From the NCBI RefSeq assembly GCF_035084215.1, contig NW_027139217.1:62001-126000 (forward strand): 64,000 bases of DNA, written 5' to 3'. Of the stretch, positions 13,501-26,900 are shown piece by piece (within the stretch, counting starts at the first letter, position 1; each line of letters opens with the position of its first letter). A program made the position numbers and the translations under genes. The notes beneath the pieces are model-generated. The model did not search any database. It was not told the DNA's origin and worked only from the letters and a program-made list of their open reading frames with translations. Origin of the DNA: Heptranchias perlo. Its lineage: Eukaryota.

Positions 13501-13509
13501 CCTTGAAGG

Positions 13510-16180
13510 ACATTTTATTTATTTGCTCATGGGATGTGGGCATCACTGGCGAGACGAGTATTTATTGCCCATCCCTAATTGCCCCTGAGAAGGTGGTGGT
13601 GAGCCGCCTTCTTGAACCGCTGCAGTCCGTGTGCTGTTCGGAAGGGAGTTGACCCAGCGACGATGAACGGCGATATATTTCCAAGTCAGGATGGTGTGTG
13701 ACTTGGAGGGGAACGTGCAGGTGGTGTTGTTCCCATGTACCTGCTGCCCTTGTCCTTCTAGATGGTAGAGGCGCGGTTTTGGGAGGTGCTGTTGAAGAAG
13801 CCTTGGCGAGTTGCTGCAGTGCATCCTGTGGATGGTACACACTGCAGCCACGGTGCGCTGGTGGTGAAGGGAGTGAATGTTTAGGGTGGTGGATGGGCTG
13901 CCAATCAAGTGGGCTACTTTGTCCTGGATGGCATCGAGCTTCTTGAGTGTTGTTGGAGCTGCACTCATCCAGGCAAGTGGAGAGTATTCCATCCACTGTA
14001 GATGGTGGAAAGGCTTTGTGGAGTCAGGAGGTGAGTCACTCGCCGCTGAATACCCAGCCTCTGACCTGCTCTCGTAGCCACAGTATTTATATGGCTGGTC
14101 CAGTTAAGTTTCTGGTCAATGGTGACCCTCAGGATGTTGATGGTGGGGGGTTCGGCGATGGTAATGCCGTTGAATGTCAAGGGGAGGTGGTTAGATTCTC
14201 TCTTATTGGAGACGGTCATTGCCTGGCACTTATCTGGCGCGAATGTTACTTGCCACTTATCAGCACAAGCCTGGATGTTGTCCAGGTGTTGCTGCATGCG
14301 GGCTCGGACTGCTTCATTATCTGAGTGGTTGCGAATGGAACTGAACACTGTGCAATCATCAGCAAACATCCCGATTTCTGACCTTATGATGGAGGGAAGG
14401 TCATTGATGAAGCAGCTGAAGATGGTTGGGCCTAGGACACTGCCCTGAGGAACTCCTGCAGCAATGTCCTGGGGCTGAGATGATTGACCTCCAACAACCA
14501 TTACCATCTTCCTTTGTGCTAGGTATGACTCCAGCCACTGGAGAGTTTTCCCCCTGATTCCCATTGACTTCAATTTTACTAGGGCTCCTTGGTGCCACAT
14601 TTGGTCAAATGCTGCCTTGAAGTCAAGGGCAGTCACTCTCACCTCACCTCTGGAATTCAGCTCTTTTGTCCATGTTTGGACCAAGGCTGTAATGAGGCCT
14701 GGAGCCGAATGGTCCTGGTGGAACCCAAACTGAGCATCGGTGAGCAGGTTATGGTGAGTAAGTGCCGCTTGATAGTACTGTCGACGACACCTTCCATCAC
14801 TTTGCTGTTGATTGAGAGTAGACTGATGGGGCGGTAATTGGCCGGATTGGATTTGTCCTGCTTTTTGTGGACAGGACATACCTGGGTAATTTTCCACATT
14901 GTCGGGTCGATGCCAGTGTTGTAGCTGTACTGGAACAGCTTGGCTAGAGGCGCAGCTAGTTCTGGAGCACAGGTCTTCAGCACTACAGCCAGGATGTTGT
15001 CAGGGCCCATAGCCTTTGCTGTATCCAGTGCACTCAGCCGTTTCTTGATATCACGTGGAGTGAATTGAATTGGCTGAAGACTGGCTTCTGTGATGGTGGT
15101 GATATCGGGAGGAGGCCGAGATGGATCGCCCACTCGGCACTCCTGGCTGAAGATGGTTGCAAACATTTCAGCCTTGTCTTTTGCACTCACGTGCTGGACT
15201 CCGCCATCATTGAGGATGGGGATGTTTACAGAGCCTCCTCCTCCCGTTAGTTGTTTAATTGTCCACCACCATTCACGACTGGATGTGGCAGGACTGCAGA
15301 GCTTTGATCTGATCCGTTGGTTGTGGAATTGCTTAGCTCTATCTATAGCATGTTGCTTGCGCTGTTTAGCATGCATGTAGTCCTGAGTTGTAGCTTCACC
15401 AGGTTGGTTCCTCATTTTTAGGTACGCCTGGTGCTGCTCCTGGCATGCTCTTCTACACTCCTCATTGAACCAGGGTTGATCCCCTGGCTTGTTGGTAATG
15501 TTGGAGTGAGGAATATGCGGGGCCATGAGGTTACATGCTGGAATACAGTTCTGCTGCTGCTGATGGCCCACAGTGCCTCATGGATGCCCAGTTTTGAGCT
15601 GTTAGATCTGTTCTGAATCTATCCCATTTAGCACGGTGATAGTGCCACATAACACGTTGGATGGTGTCCTCAGAGTGAAGATGGGACTTCGTCTCCACAA
15701 GGACTGTGCGGTGGTCACTTCTACCAATACTGTCATGGACGGATGCATCTGCGACAGGTAGATTGGTGAGGACGAGGTCAGGTAAGTTTTTCCCTCTTGT
15801 TGGTTCACTCACCACCTGCCGCAGGCCCAGTCTGGCAGCTATGTCCTTCAGGACTCGGCCAGCTTGGTCCGTCGTGGTGCTCCTGAGCCACTCTTGATGA
15901 TGGACATTGAAGTCCCCCACCCAGAATGCGTTCTGTGCCCTTGCTACCCTCAGTGCTTCCTCCAAGTGGTGCTCAACATGGAGGAGGACTGATTCATCAG
16001 CTGAGGAAGGGCAGTAGTTGGTAATCAGCAGGAGGTTTCCTTGCCCATGAGATTTCATGGGGTCCGGAGTCAATGTTGAGGACTCCCAGGGCCACTCCCT
16101 CCTGACTGTATATCACTGTACCGCCACCTCTGGTGGGTCTGTCCTGCCGGTGGACAGGACATACCCAGGGATGGTGATGG
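13510..16180 (-). mobile_element. Non-LTR retrotransposon (CR1/L2 superclade), endonuclease + RT, frameshifted
   Basis: APE motifs VGDFNVHH, LDLVLTN-like and SDH (15531..16073); RT motifs NYRPISLL, LDFKAAFD, GVPQGSVLGP, FADD (13965..15571). Confidence 0.9.
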
Positions 16181-16419
16181 AAATTAATGGTCCAGTCACA
16201 CTTTCGCTGTAAAATGTCACTTCCCAGCGCCGTAAGCACCGAACCCTGAACTAAAATACAACTCTGGTGGGACTGGAACCCACAAACTTTAAATTTTTGT
16301 TCAGCCATCCAATTAGAAGTCCAACACACATTGCGAGACGGTTTGTCCAATACAGAGTGCTGTCTCTCTCTCCCTTTTGCTCTCCCTCGCTCTCTCTTGC
16401 ACTCTCACTCTCCCCCTTT

Positions 16420-17390
16420 ATCTCGGGGACTGGAATACAAAGGGGAGGAAGTTATGTTCCAGCTGGTCAGACCACAGTTCTGGGCACCGCACCTCAAGAC
16501 CATGGCAGATGGAAAATAACATGGAAAAATGTGAAGTTATCCACTTCGGAAGGAAAAACAGAAATGTCGAGTACTTTTTAAATGGTAAGAGATTGGGAAA
16601 TGTTGATGTTCAAAGGGACCTGGGTGTCCTTGTACATGCGTCACTGAAAGCTAACATGCAGGTGCAGCAAGCAATTAGGAAGGCAAATAGGATGTTGGCC
16701 TTAATTACAAGAGCATTTGAGTACAGGAGTAAAGATGTCTTCCTACAATTATATCGGGCCTTGGTGAGACCACACCTGGAGTATTGTGCACAATTTTTGG
16801 TCTCCTTACCGAAGGAAAGAGAGGGAGTGCAACAAAGGTTCACCAGACTGATTCCTGGGATGGCGGGATTGTCGTATGAGGAGAGATTGAGTAGACTGGG
16901 CCTGTATTCTCTAGAGTTTAGAAGAATGAGAGGTGATCTGATTGAAACATACAAAATTCTTACAGGGCTCGACAGGGTAGATGCAGGGAGGATGTTTCCC
17001 CAGGCTGGGGAGTCTAGAACCAGGGGTCACAGACTCAGAATAAGGGGTCGGCCATTTAGGACTGAGATGAGGAGAAATTTCTTCACTCAGAGAGTGGTGA
17101 ATCTTTGGAATTTTCTACCCCAGAGGGCTGTGGAGGCTCAGTCATTGAGTACATTCAAAACAGAGATCGATAGATTTCTAGATATTAAAGGCATCAAGGG
17201 ATATGGGGATAGTGCAGGAAAATGGCGTTGAGATAGAGGATCAGCCATGATCAGATTGAATGGTGGAGCAGGCTCGAGGGGCCGGACGGCCTACTCCTGC
17301 TCCTATTTCTTATGTTCTTATGTTCTTAAAGAAGGATATATTAGCCTCTGGGCTTGAGGGGCTGAATGGCCTCGTCCTGTTCCTATGTTC
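16420..17390 (+). mobile_element. CR1 LINE RT C-terminus and 3' UTR
   Basis: KCEVIHFG, LVRPHLEYC, RRNFFTQRVV; (TTCTTATG)n tail at ~17310. Confidence 0.9.
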
Positions 17391-18305
17391 CAATGAATGA
17401 AACAATAATTCAGGTATAGAGACCAGGATGTTTCGGGGTATGTGAGGGAATCATGTTTCCTGTTTAAAGTGTTGATTTCAGGATTTGACTGTCCTCAGTG
17501 TCCCAGCTCAGTGAAGTCCAGTCCGGAGAAGCTGCTCCCACAAAGTGGCATTTTCTGTGAGGATGTGAAATACTTGTTGAGACAGTGACAGGACCGAGTG
17601 CGGGTCGGTCTGTGCGTGAAATAGAAAGTGAGGTGAAATATTACCACAAGCTGCTGATGTCCCTGTTCACATTTATAAAATTCACGGAGGGGCCAAATCG
17701 ACACAGCTCCTGGGAAAGCTGCGAGGCCACCCAGGGCCGTCTTGCATCATTTGAAGCAACTGGCACACACCAGATTCTGCCCGTTTCACCCGCCATCTCC
17801 TGCTTCTGACTCTTTCCCTCCAGCTCCCTCTGCTCCTCCAGCTGCCGGTGAATTAAATACTCGATTCAAGCAGCGAATTCATGAAACCCATCCTGACATT
17901 GAGAGCAGGGAGAGAGAGAGAGAATGAACGGGGCTGGTCATTGAGAGGGGAATGGATTTTACACATGTCCAGATAAATAAACACAAGGATCTCATCTCCC
18001 TGTTTTGTTCCGATACAGAATATCTTAATGGTCAGGAGATGATCTCACTGTCCCCCAGGCCCATTATCCCCACTCACACCCTCGGTCCAATCTCACACAC
18101 TTTGCTTCGCTGTGAGATCCTGTATGTTTTCACACTGAGATTTAATTTGAAGAATGCGGTGTTGTGATAACCTGGGGCTATTGAGGAGACGCAGAGCAAG
18201 AAGGTACATGAAAGGCTAATGATAACGGTGAGTGTTCTGACACTGTGAGGTACAGTTAAAGACTGGAAACATTTCAGGTCTCATGCAGCAGGTCCTTCTC
18301 GTGTC

Positions 18306-21300
18306 AATAGATATCAGATTCATTAATCGATATCAGATTCATTAATTGATATCAGATTCATCAATCGATATCAGATTCATTAATTGATATCAGTTTCATT
18401 AATTGATACCAGATTCATTAATCGATATCAGATTCATTAATCGATATCAGATTCATTAATCGATATCAGATTCATTAATTGATATCAGTTTCATTAATTG
18501 ATACCAGATTCATTAATCGATATCAGATTCATTAATAGATATCAGATTCATTAATCGATATCAGATTCATTAATCGATATCAGATTCATTAATTGATATC
18601 AGTTTCATTAATTGATACCAGATTCATTAATCGATATCAGATTCATTAATCGATATCAGATTCATTAATTGATATCAGTTTCATTAATTGATACCAGATT
18701 CATTAATCGATATCAGATTCATTAATCGATATCAGATTCATTAATTGAGATCAGTTTCATTAATTGATACCAGATTCATTAATTGATCAGTTTCATTAAT
18801 TGATACCAGATTCATTAATTGATCAGTTTCATTAATTGATACCAGTTTCATTAATTGATACCAGATTCATTAATTGATCAGTTTCATTAATTGATATCAG
18901 TTTCATTAATTGATACCAGATTCATTAATTGATATCAGTTTCATTAATTGATACCAGATTCATTAATTGATATCAGTTTCATTAATTGATACCAGATTCA
19001 TTAATTGATCAGTTTCATTAATTGATACCAGTTTCATTAATTGATATCAGATTCATTAATAGATACCAGTTTCATTAATTGATACCAGATTCATTAATTG
19101 ATCAGTTTCATTAATTGATATCAGTTTCATTAATTGATACCAGATTCATTAATTGATCAGTTTCATTAATTGATACCAGATTCATTAATTGATCAGTTTC
19201 ATTAATAGATACCAGTTTCATTAATTGATACCAGATTCATTAATTGATATCAGATTCATTAATTGATCAGTTTCATTAATTGATACCAGTTTCATTAATT
19301 GATACCAGATTCATTAATTGATATCAGATTCATTAATTGATATCAGATTCATCAATTGATACCAGATTCATTAATTGATATCAGATTCATTAATTGATAT
19401 CAGATTCATTAATTGATCAGTTTCATTAATTGATATCAGTTTCATTAATTGATACCAGTTTCATTAATTGATATCAGTTTCATCAATTATTACCAGATTC
19501 ATTAATTGATATCAGATTCATTAATTGATCAGTTTCATTAATTGATATCAGTTTCATCAATTGATACCAGATTCATTAATTGATATCAGTTCCATCAATT
19601 GATACCAGATTCATTAATTGATATCAGATTCATTAATTGATCAGTTTCATTAATTGATACCAGATTCATTAATTGATATCAGATTCATTAATTGATCAGT
19701 TTCATTAATTGATACCAGATTCATTAATTGATACCAGTTTCATTAATTGATGTCAGATTCATTAATTGATCAGTTTCATTAATTGATACCAGATTCATTA
19801 ATTGATATCAGTTTCATCAATTGATACCAGATTCATTAATTGATATCAGTTTCATTAATTGATCAGTTTCATTAATTGATACCAGATTCATTAATTGATA
19901 TCAGTTTCATTAATTGATATCAGTTTCATCAATTGATACCAGATTCATTAATTGATATCAGTTTCATTAATTGATACCAGATTCATTAATTGATATCAGT
20001 TTCATTAATTGATATCAGTTTCATCAATTGATACCAGATTCATTAATTGATATCAGATTCATTAATTGATCAGTTTCATTAATTGATTCCAGATTCATTA
20101 ATTGATACCAGTTTCATTAATTGATACCAGATTCATTAATTGATCAGTTTCATTAATTGATACCAGATTCATTAATTGATCAGTTTCATTAATTGATACC
20201 AGATTCATTAATAGATACCAGTTTCATTAATTGATATCAGTTTCATCAATTGATACCAGATTCATTAATTGATATCAGATTCATTAATTGATCAGTTTCA
20301 TTAATTGATATCAGTTTCATTAATTGATACCAGATTCATTAATTGATATCAGTTTCATCAATTATTACCAGATTCATTAATTGATATCAGATTCATTAAT
20401 TGATCAGTTTCATTAATTGATATCAGTTTCATCAATTGATACCAGATTCATTAATTGATATCAGTTCCATCAATTGATACCAGATTCATTAATTGATATC
20501 AGATTCATTAATTGATCAGTTTCATTAATTGATACCAGATTCGTTAATTGATATCAGATTCATTAATTGATCAGTTTCATTAATTGATACCAGATTCATT
20601 AATTGATACCAGTTTCATTAATTGATGTCAGATTCATTAATTGATCAGTTTCATCAATTGATACCAGATTCATTAATTGATATCAGTTTCATCAATTGAT
20701 ACCAGATTCATTAATTGATATCAGTTTCATTAATTGATCAGTTTCATTAATTGATACCAGATTCATTAATTGATATCAGTTTCATTAATTGATATCAGTT
20801 TCATCAATTGATACCAGATTCATTAATTGATATCAGTTTCATTAATTGATACCAGATTCATTAATTGATATCAGATTCATTAATTGATCAGTTTCATTAA
20901 TTGAATCCAGATTCATTAATTGATACCAGTTTCATTAATTGATACCAGATTCATTAATTGATCAGTTTCATTAATTGATACCAGATTCATTAATTGATCA
21001 GTTTCATTAATTGATACCAGATTCATTAATAGATACCAGTTTCATTAATTGATATCAGTTTCATCAATTGATACCAGATTCATTAATTGATATCAGATTC
21101 ATTAATTGATCAGTTTCATTAATTGATATCAGTTTCATTAATTGATACCAGATTCATTAATTGATATCAGTTTCATCAATTATTACCAGATTCATTAATT
21201 GATATCAGATTCATTAATTGATCAGTTTCATTAATTGATATCAGTTTCATCAATTGATACCAGATTCATTAATTGATATCAGTTCCATCAATTGATACCA

Positions 21301-22615
21301 GATTCATTAATTGATATCAGATTCATTAATTGATCAGTTTCATTAATTGATACCAGATTCATTAATTGATATCAGATTCATTAATTGATCAGTTTCATTA
21401 ATTGATACCAGATTCATTAATTGATACCAGTTTCATTAATTGATGTCAGATTCATTAATTGATCAGTTTCATCAATTGATACCAGATTCATCAATTGATA
21501 CCAGATTCATTAATTGATATCAGTTTCATTAATTGATACCAGATTCATTAATTGATATCAGATTCATTAATTGATCAGTTTCATTAATTGATTCCAGATT
21601 CATCAATTGATATCAGTTTCATTAATTGATACCAGATTCATTAATAGATATCAGTTTCATTAATTGATACCAGATTCATTAATTGATATCAGATTCATTA
21701 ATTGATACCAGATTCATTAATTGATATCAGTTTCATGACTTGATATCAGATTCATTAATTGATCAGTTTCATTAATTGATACCAGATTCATTAATTGATA
21801 TCAGATTCATTAATTGATCAGTTTCATTAATTGATACCAGATTCATTAATTGATACCAGATTCATTAATTGATCAGTTTCATTAATTGATACCAGATTCA
21901 TTAATTGATCAGATTCATTAATTGATACCAGATTCATTAATTGATCAGATTCATTAATTGATACCAGATTCATTAATTGATCAGTTTCATTAATTGATAC
22001 CAGATTCATTAATTGATCTCAGATTCATTAATTGATACCAGATTCATTAATTGAGATCAGATTCATTAATTGATACCAGATTCATTAATTGAGATCAGTT
22101 TCATTAATTGATACCAGATTCATTAATTGATCTCAGATTCATTAATTGATACCAGATTCATTAATTGAGATCAGTTTCATTAATTGATCAGATTCATTAA
22201 TTGATACCAGATTCATTAATTGATCTCAGATTAATTAATTGATACCAGATTCATTAATTGAGATCAGTTTCATTAATTGATACCAGATTCATTAATTGAT
22301 ACCAGATTCATTAATTGAGATCAGTTTCATTAATTGATCTCAGATTCATTAATTGATACCAGATTCATTAATTGATATCAGTTTCATTAATTGATATCAG
22401 ATTCATTAATTGATCTCAGATTCATTAATTGATATCAGATTCATTAATTGATCTCAGATTCATTAATTGATACCAGATTCATTAATTGATATCAGTTTCA
22501 TTAATTGATCAGTTTCATCAATTGATACCAGATTCATTAATTGATACCAGATTCATTAATTGATATCAGTTCATTAATTGAGATCAGATTCATTAATTGA
22601 TACCAGATTCATTAA
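18306..22615. repeat. 17/19-bp AT-rich satellite (CAGWTTCATTAATTGATAY)n, ~4.3 kb, with higher-order duplications
   Basis: Visible array; diagnostic variants (TTATTACC, GTTCCATC, GATGTCAG) recur at offsets of 875 and 818 bp. Confidence 0.97.
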
Positions 22616-23634
22616 GGGGACAGGACTCCTTTTCCCAGCCTCTCTCCTGAAGTTTTTTCCCAGTCGAGAGGGGCAGGTGACCAAAGTAACGGGATTTGGT
22701 GAATCGTCTGTCCCGCTCCTTGGTGACCTGGTGTTAGAATTGGGCGCACTCACCGCCCGGTCCGATTCTCACTCAGGGAATTAACTTTACAAAACTGTCG
22801 TCAACCTATTTAATGAATGACATGAAACTAATTAAAGTCTATGAAAAGATGAACCATTTTTGGAATCCCCATGAATCAACCTGTAACTTTGTGTTGCGGA
22901 CTGAAGGAAACGCTGACCTGGTTACCGAGTGAGGGGAAAATGTAAGAATGTTTGTGTTTTGTTTGTGAGACACTTTCCCGACTGTATTTAGGAGTCGGGT
23001 TAAAAATGCTGAGTCTTTCTGACCCCAGGGATGTGTTAAATGAAGAGGAACAGCCGATTGCCGCCCGCTTTCCAGAGGAGAAGGAACTCTCCCCGGAGCA
23101 AGTTGCAACATAATGAAAGATTTGCACCCGAATCAAATCAAGGAGCTTTGAGGAGTGAGGCCAGAGTGAGAATCGTTCGAGTCCGGAAAGCTCAGCATCT
23201 TCAGTGTTTGTAGAAATGGTCAGTGTTTCTCAGCCCAGGAATCTGGGGCAACCTTTGTTCAATTGAACAGGAGCGGGGCTTTGGATCAAACAAGAGTTTA
23301 GCAGCAAACAGTGTTCTTACTGGGAGTGGTGGGACTGAGAAATCCTTAAACAGCGGCAACCCTGGAAAGCAGAGCTCCAAATCTCGGCTTCAATAAAGTG
23401 CTGAACTGAGAGAGCGGAGGGCAGATGGGCATTGGATTCAATCCCAACTCACTGGATCGAAACAAGGCAGTGAGTGTGGGCGGAGTGGGATTCCGGGACC
23501 TGTGTCTGAGCTGCACCTCGATCCGTCCCGTTCAGTAAAGAGAGAGCGGCAGACGGCTCCCAGACACGGCCCAGACCGGGAGCGGGAGCGGCTGCATGAG
23601 AGAGCGGGGATCCTGCGCTGGGGTTGCGGCTGGC

Positions 23635-23875
23635 TGGCTGTCTGAGTCTGTCTCTGGCTGGTCTGAGTCTGTGTGGTCTGTGTCTGTCTGGTCTCTCTGT
23701 CTGTCTGTCTCTGTCTGTCTGAGTCTGTGTCTGTCTGGTCTCTCTGTCTGTCTGTCTGAGTCTGGCTGTCTGAGTCTGTGTCTGTCTCTGTCTGTCTGAG
23801 TCTGTGTCTGTCTGGTCTCTCTGTCTGTCTGTCTGAGTCTGTGTCTGTCTGGTCTCTCTGTCTGTCTGTCTGCTG
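23635..23875. repeat. Complex (TCTG)n microsatellite
   Basis: Visible; mirror of 3956-4316. Confidence 0.95.
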
Positions 23876-23904
23876 CAGCTTCCCCCCGCCCCCCCCCCCC
23901 CGCC

Positions 23905-26900
23905 CCCCGGGGAGACCCGGCCAATGCCCAAGTGATGATCGCCCTGGTGGAGCGACAACTCGCTGACGAGCTTTGGTCAGATCTCCGACGTTCCCCAGGC
24001 TGTGTAACCCTGGGCGACCCCCGAGTCCGAAGAATGGGATCGAATTTCCAGCCGATAATAAAATCAACCAGGGAGCGGAGGGAGGATAAAGCAAGAGGCC
24101 GGAGGGAGGAGGAGCCCAGAGCTTTAGGAGGGGACCAGACCCTATTCCCTCTGCTTCTCCACCCCCAGTGATGGAGCCAGGACCTGGGACAGAGGGAAGA
24201 TCCTCCGGGCTGCCTCCCAGGAGAGCACGGGCTCAATTTCGAGGGACTCAATCTGGATCTTTCAGACTTCCAACAGGAGCAGATAAATGATGCAGTCCTC
24301 CAAATCATAAAACAAGAGGGAGTAGTGAGAAGTGGGCACCCCACTGAGGGTAAAACAAAAGGTGCGGGGCCTTATTATCCGGTAAAGAATGACCTTCTAT
24401 ACAGGGAGAGTGCGGGGCAGCAGCAGCAAGTTGACCAGTTGCTGGTGCCACGGACACAGAGGCAGATAGTCCTTGACTTGGCCACAAGCAACTATTCAGA
24501 GCTCACCTGGGGACAGAGCAAACTCGGGAGGGGCTGTTGAGGTGGGTCTTGTGGCCAGGGGTGGATGAAGTGATCCGGGGGTTCTGTCCCTCCTGTCCAC
24601 AGTGTCAGCTGTGTGGGCCCAGGCCTCACTATCACGCTCCATTAATCCCTCTCCCCGGAATTGAGGGGCCTTTCGAAAGGATCGGGATGGACCAGTGGGC
24701 CCGCTGGAGGGGTCAGCGCGAGGTCACCAATATATGTTGGGAGTTGTTGCCTGTTCCAGGCCCGATCCTGAGGCGATTCCACCGAGGATCACGGCCCCTA
24801 AAACCATAGCGGGCGGGTCAGTGAGAGCGTTCCCCGGGGTAGGGATCCCAAAGGACCAGGGACTCCCTCTGTGTCCACACTGATGAAGGGCCTCTGTCCC
24901 CTCCTCCATATTAAAAGTCTGAGGCCCTCCGTGGATCAACCCTCAAACCGAGGGCCGTGTGGAGAGGGTCAGTGGGACCCGCGAGTATGTTCAAAAAGGC
25001 CCGGCATAAAGATGGGTCAAATCGGGATCCTTCACTGCCCCGTCTCAGGCCTGCAGTCGGGGAGGGAGGGGCCTCGGTCAGGGAGGGAGGGGCCTCGGTC
25101 AGGGAGGGAGGGGCCTCGGGGGAGGGAGGGGCCTCGGTCAGGGAGGGAGGGGCCTCGGTCAGGGAGGGAGGGGCCTCGGGGGAGGGAGGGGCCTCGGTCA
25201 GGGAGGGGCCTCGGTCAGGGAGGGAGGGGCCTCGGTCAGGGAGGGAGGGGCCTCGGTCAGGGAGGGAGGGGCCTCGGTCAGGGAGGGAGGGGCCACGGTC
25301 AGGGAGGGAGGGGCCTCGGTCAGGGAGGGAGGGGCCTCGGTCGGGGAGGGAGGGGCCTCGGTCGGGGAGGGAGGGGCCTCGGTCGGGGAGGGAGGGGCCT
25401 CGGGGGAGGGAGGGGCCTCGGTCAGGGAGGGAGGGGCCTCGGGGGAGGGAGGGGCGTCGGTCAGGGAGGGAGGGGCCTCGGGGGAGGGAGGGGCCTCGGT
25501 CAGGGAGGGGCCTCGGTCAGGGAGGGAGGGGCCTCGGTCAGGGAGGGAGGGGCCTCGGTCAGGGAGGGAGGGGCCTCGGTCAGGGAGGGAGGGGCCTCGG
25601 TCAGGGAGGGAGGGGCCTCGGGAGAGGGAGGGGCCTCGGTCAGGGAGGGAGGGGCCTCGGTCAGGGAGGGAGGAGCCTCGGTCAGGGAGGGAGGGGCCTC
25701 GGTCAGGGAGGGAGGGGCCTCGGTCGGGGAGGGAGGGGCCTCGGTCGGGGAGGGAGGGGCCTCGGTCGGGGAGGGAGGGAGGGGCCTCGGTCGGGGAGGG
25801 AGGGAGGGGCCTCGGTCGGGGAGGGAGGGAGGGGCCTCGGTCGGGGAGGGAGGGAGGGGCCTCGGTCGGGGAGGGAGGGAGGGGCCTCGGTCGGGGAGGG
25901 AGGGAGGGGCCTCGGTCGGGGAGGGAGGGGCCTCGGTCGGGGAGGGAGGGGCCTCGGTCGGGGAGGGAGGGGCCTCGGTCGGTCGGGGAGGGAGGGGCCT
26001 CGGTCGGGGAGGGGCCTCGGTCGGGAGGGAGGGGCCTCGGGCGGGGAGGGAGGGGCCTCGGTCGGGGAGGGAGGGGCCTCGGGCGGGGAGGGAGGGGCCT
26101 CGGTCCTCCAATAATATTATTGAGCACAGAGTGAAGATGGGGCGCGGATTGAGGCGGTTCCCCCCATAGTGAGGGCTCATTTAGAGAGGGTGCAGGAAGA
26201 GCAGAGAGCCCAGTGTAAGAGAGGCTGCAGTCAGGAGGTTCCGACCAGGAGACCGAGTTACGGTCCTCGTTCCCACACCTGAAACAAGCTCTTTGCAGGG
26301 TGGCAGGGACTTTAGGAGGTTCTAGAGGCTGTGGGCCCAGTGAACTATAAGGTCAGGCAACCTCAGAGAAGGAAGCCTGACCAGAAAGACCATGTGCCCC
26401 TCCTGAAGCCATGGAGAGAGAGAGGCCCTCGCAGTGATGGAGAAAGCACTAGGGGGGCCCTGGCTCCAAGGTACAAAGCCCAGTTCACCTCTCTAGTGAG
26501 CTGCCTGAGGATCAGTGCAGGCAGGCTCAGCACCTGGGAGATGGAACCTGCAATGTATTCACATCTGGGCCTGGGAGGACGGGGGCCATCTGCTCTCACC
26601 TGGTGACACCACCAGGAGTGACAATAAAGGTCAGACCGGACCGAATCCCAGAAGCCAAACGGAGGGAGGTTCGCCAGGAGATTCCGAGGGTGTTGATCTT
26701 CGGGCTGATTGAAGAATCACGGTGAACGGAGCAGCCCCATTGTGTTGGTTCTGAATCCCGATGGGAATTGGCGATTCTGAAATGACTTTCGGAAACTGAA
26801 TGAGGATTGAAATCCGATGCTTTCCCGATGCCCCGGGGGGATGAGTTGATTGAGAGATTGGCGAAGGCCCCTTCGATCTTACCCCCTTCGATCTGACCAA

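Larger units (their letters stand above)
18306..26253 (+). repeat. Right arm of the inverted segmental duplication (portion matched within this window)
   Basis: Reverse complement of 1-6203, differing mainly in tandem array lengths. Confidence 0.93.

Noticed and set aside
23315-23400. YWEWWD*EILKQRQPWKAELQI resembling a class I alpha1 helix
   Set aside because: No upstream beta-strand motifs, no NQS/T ending and no correctly placed donor; similarity too weak.
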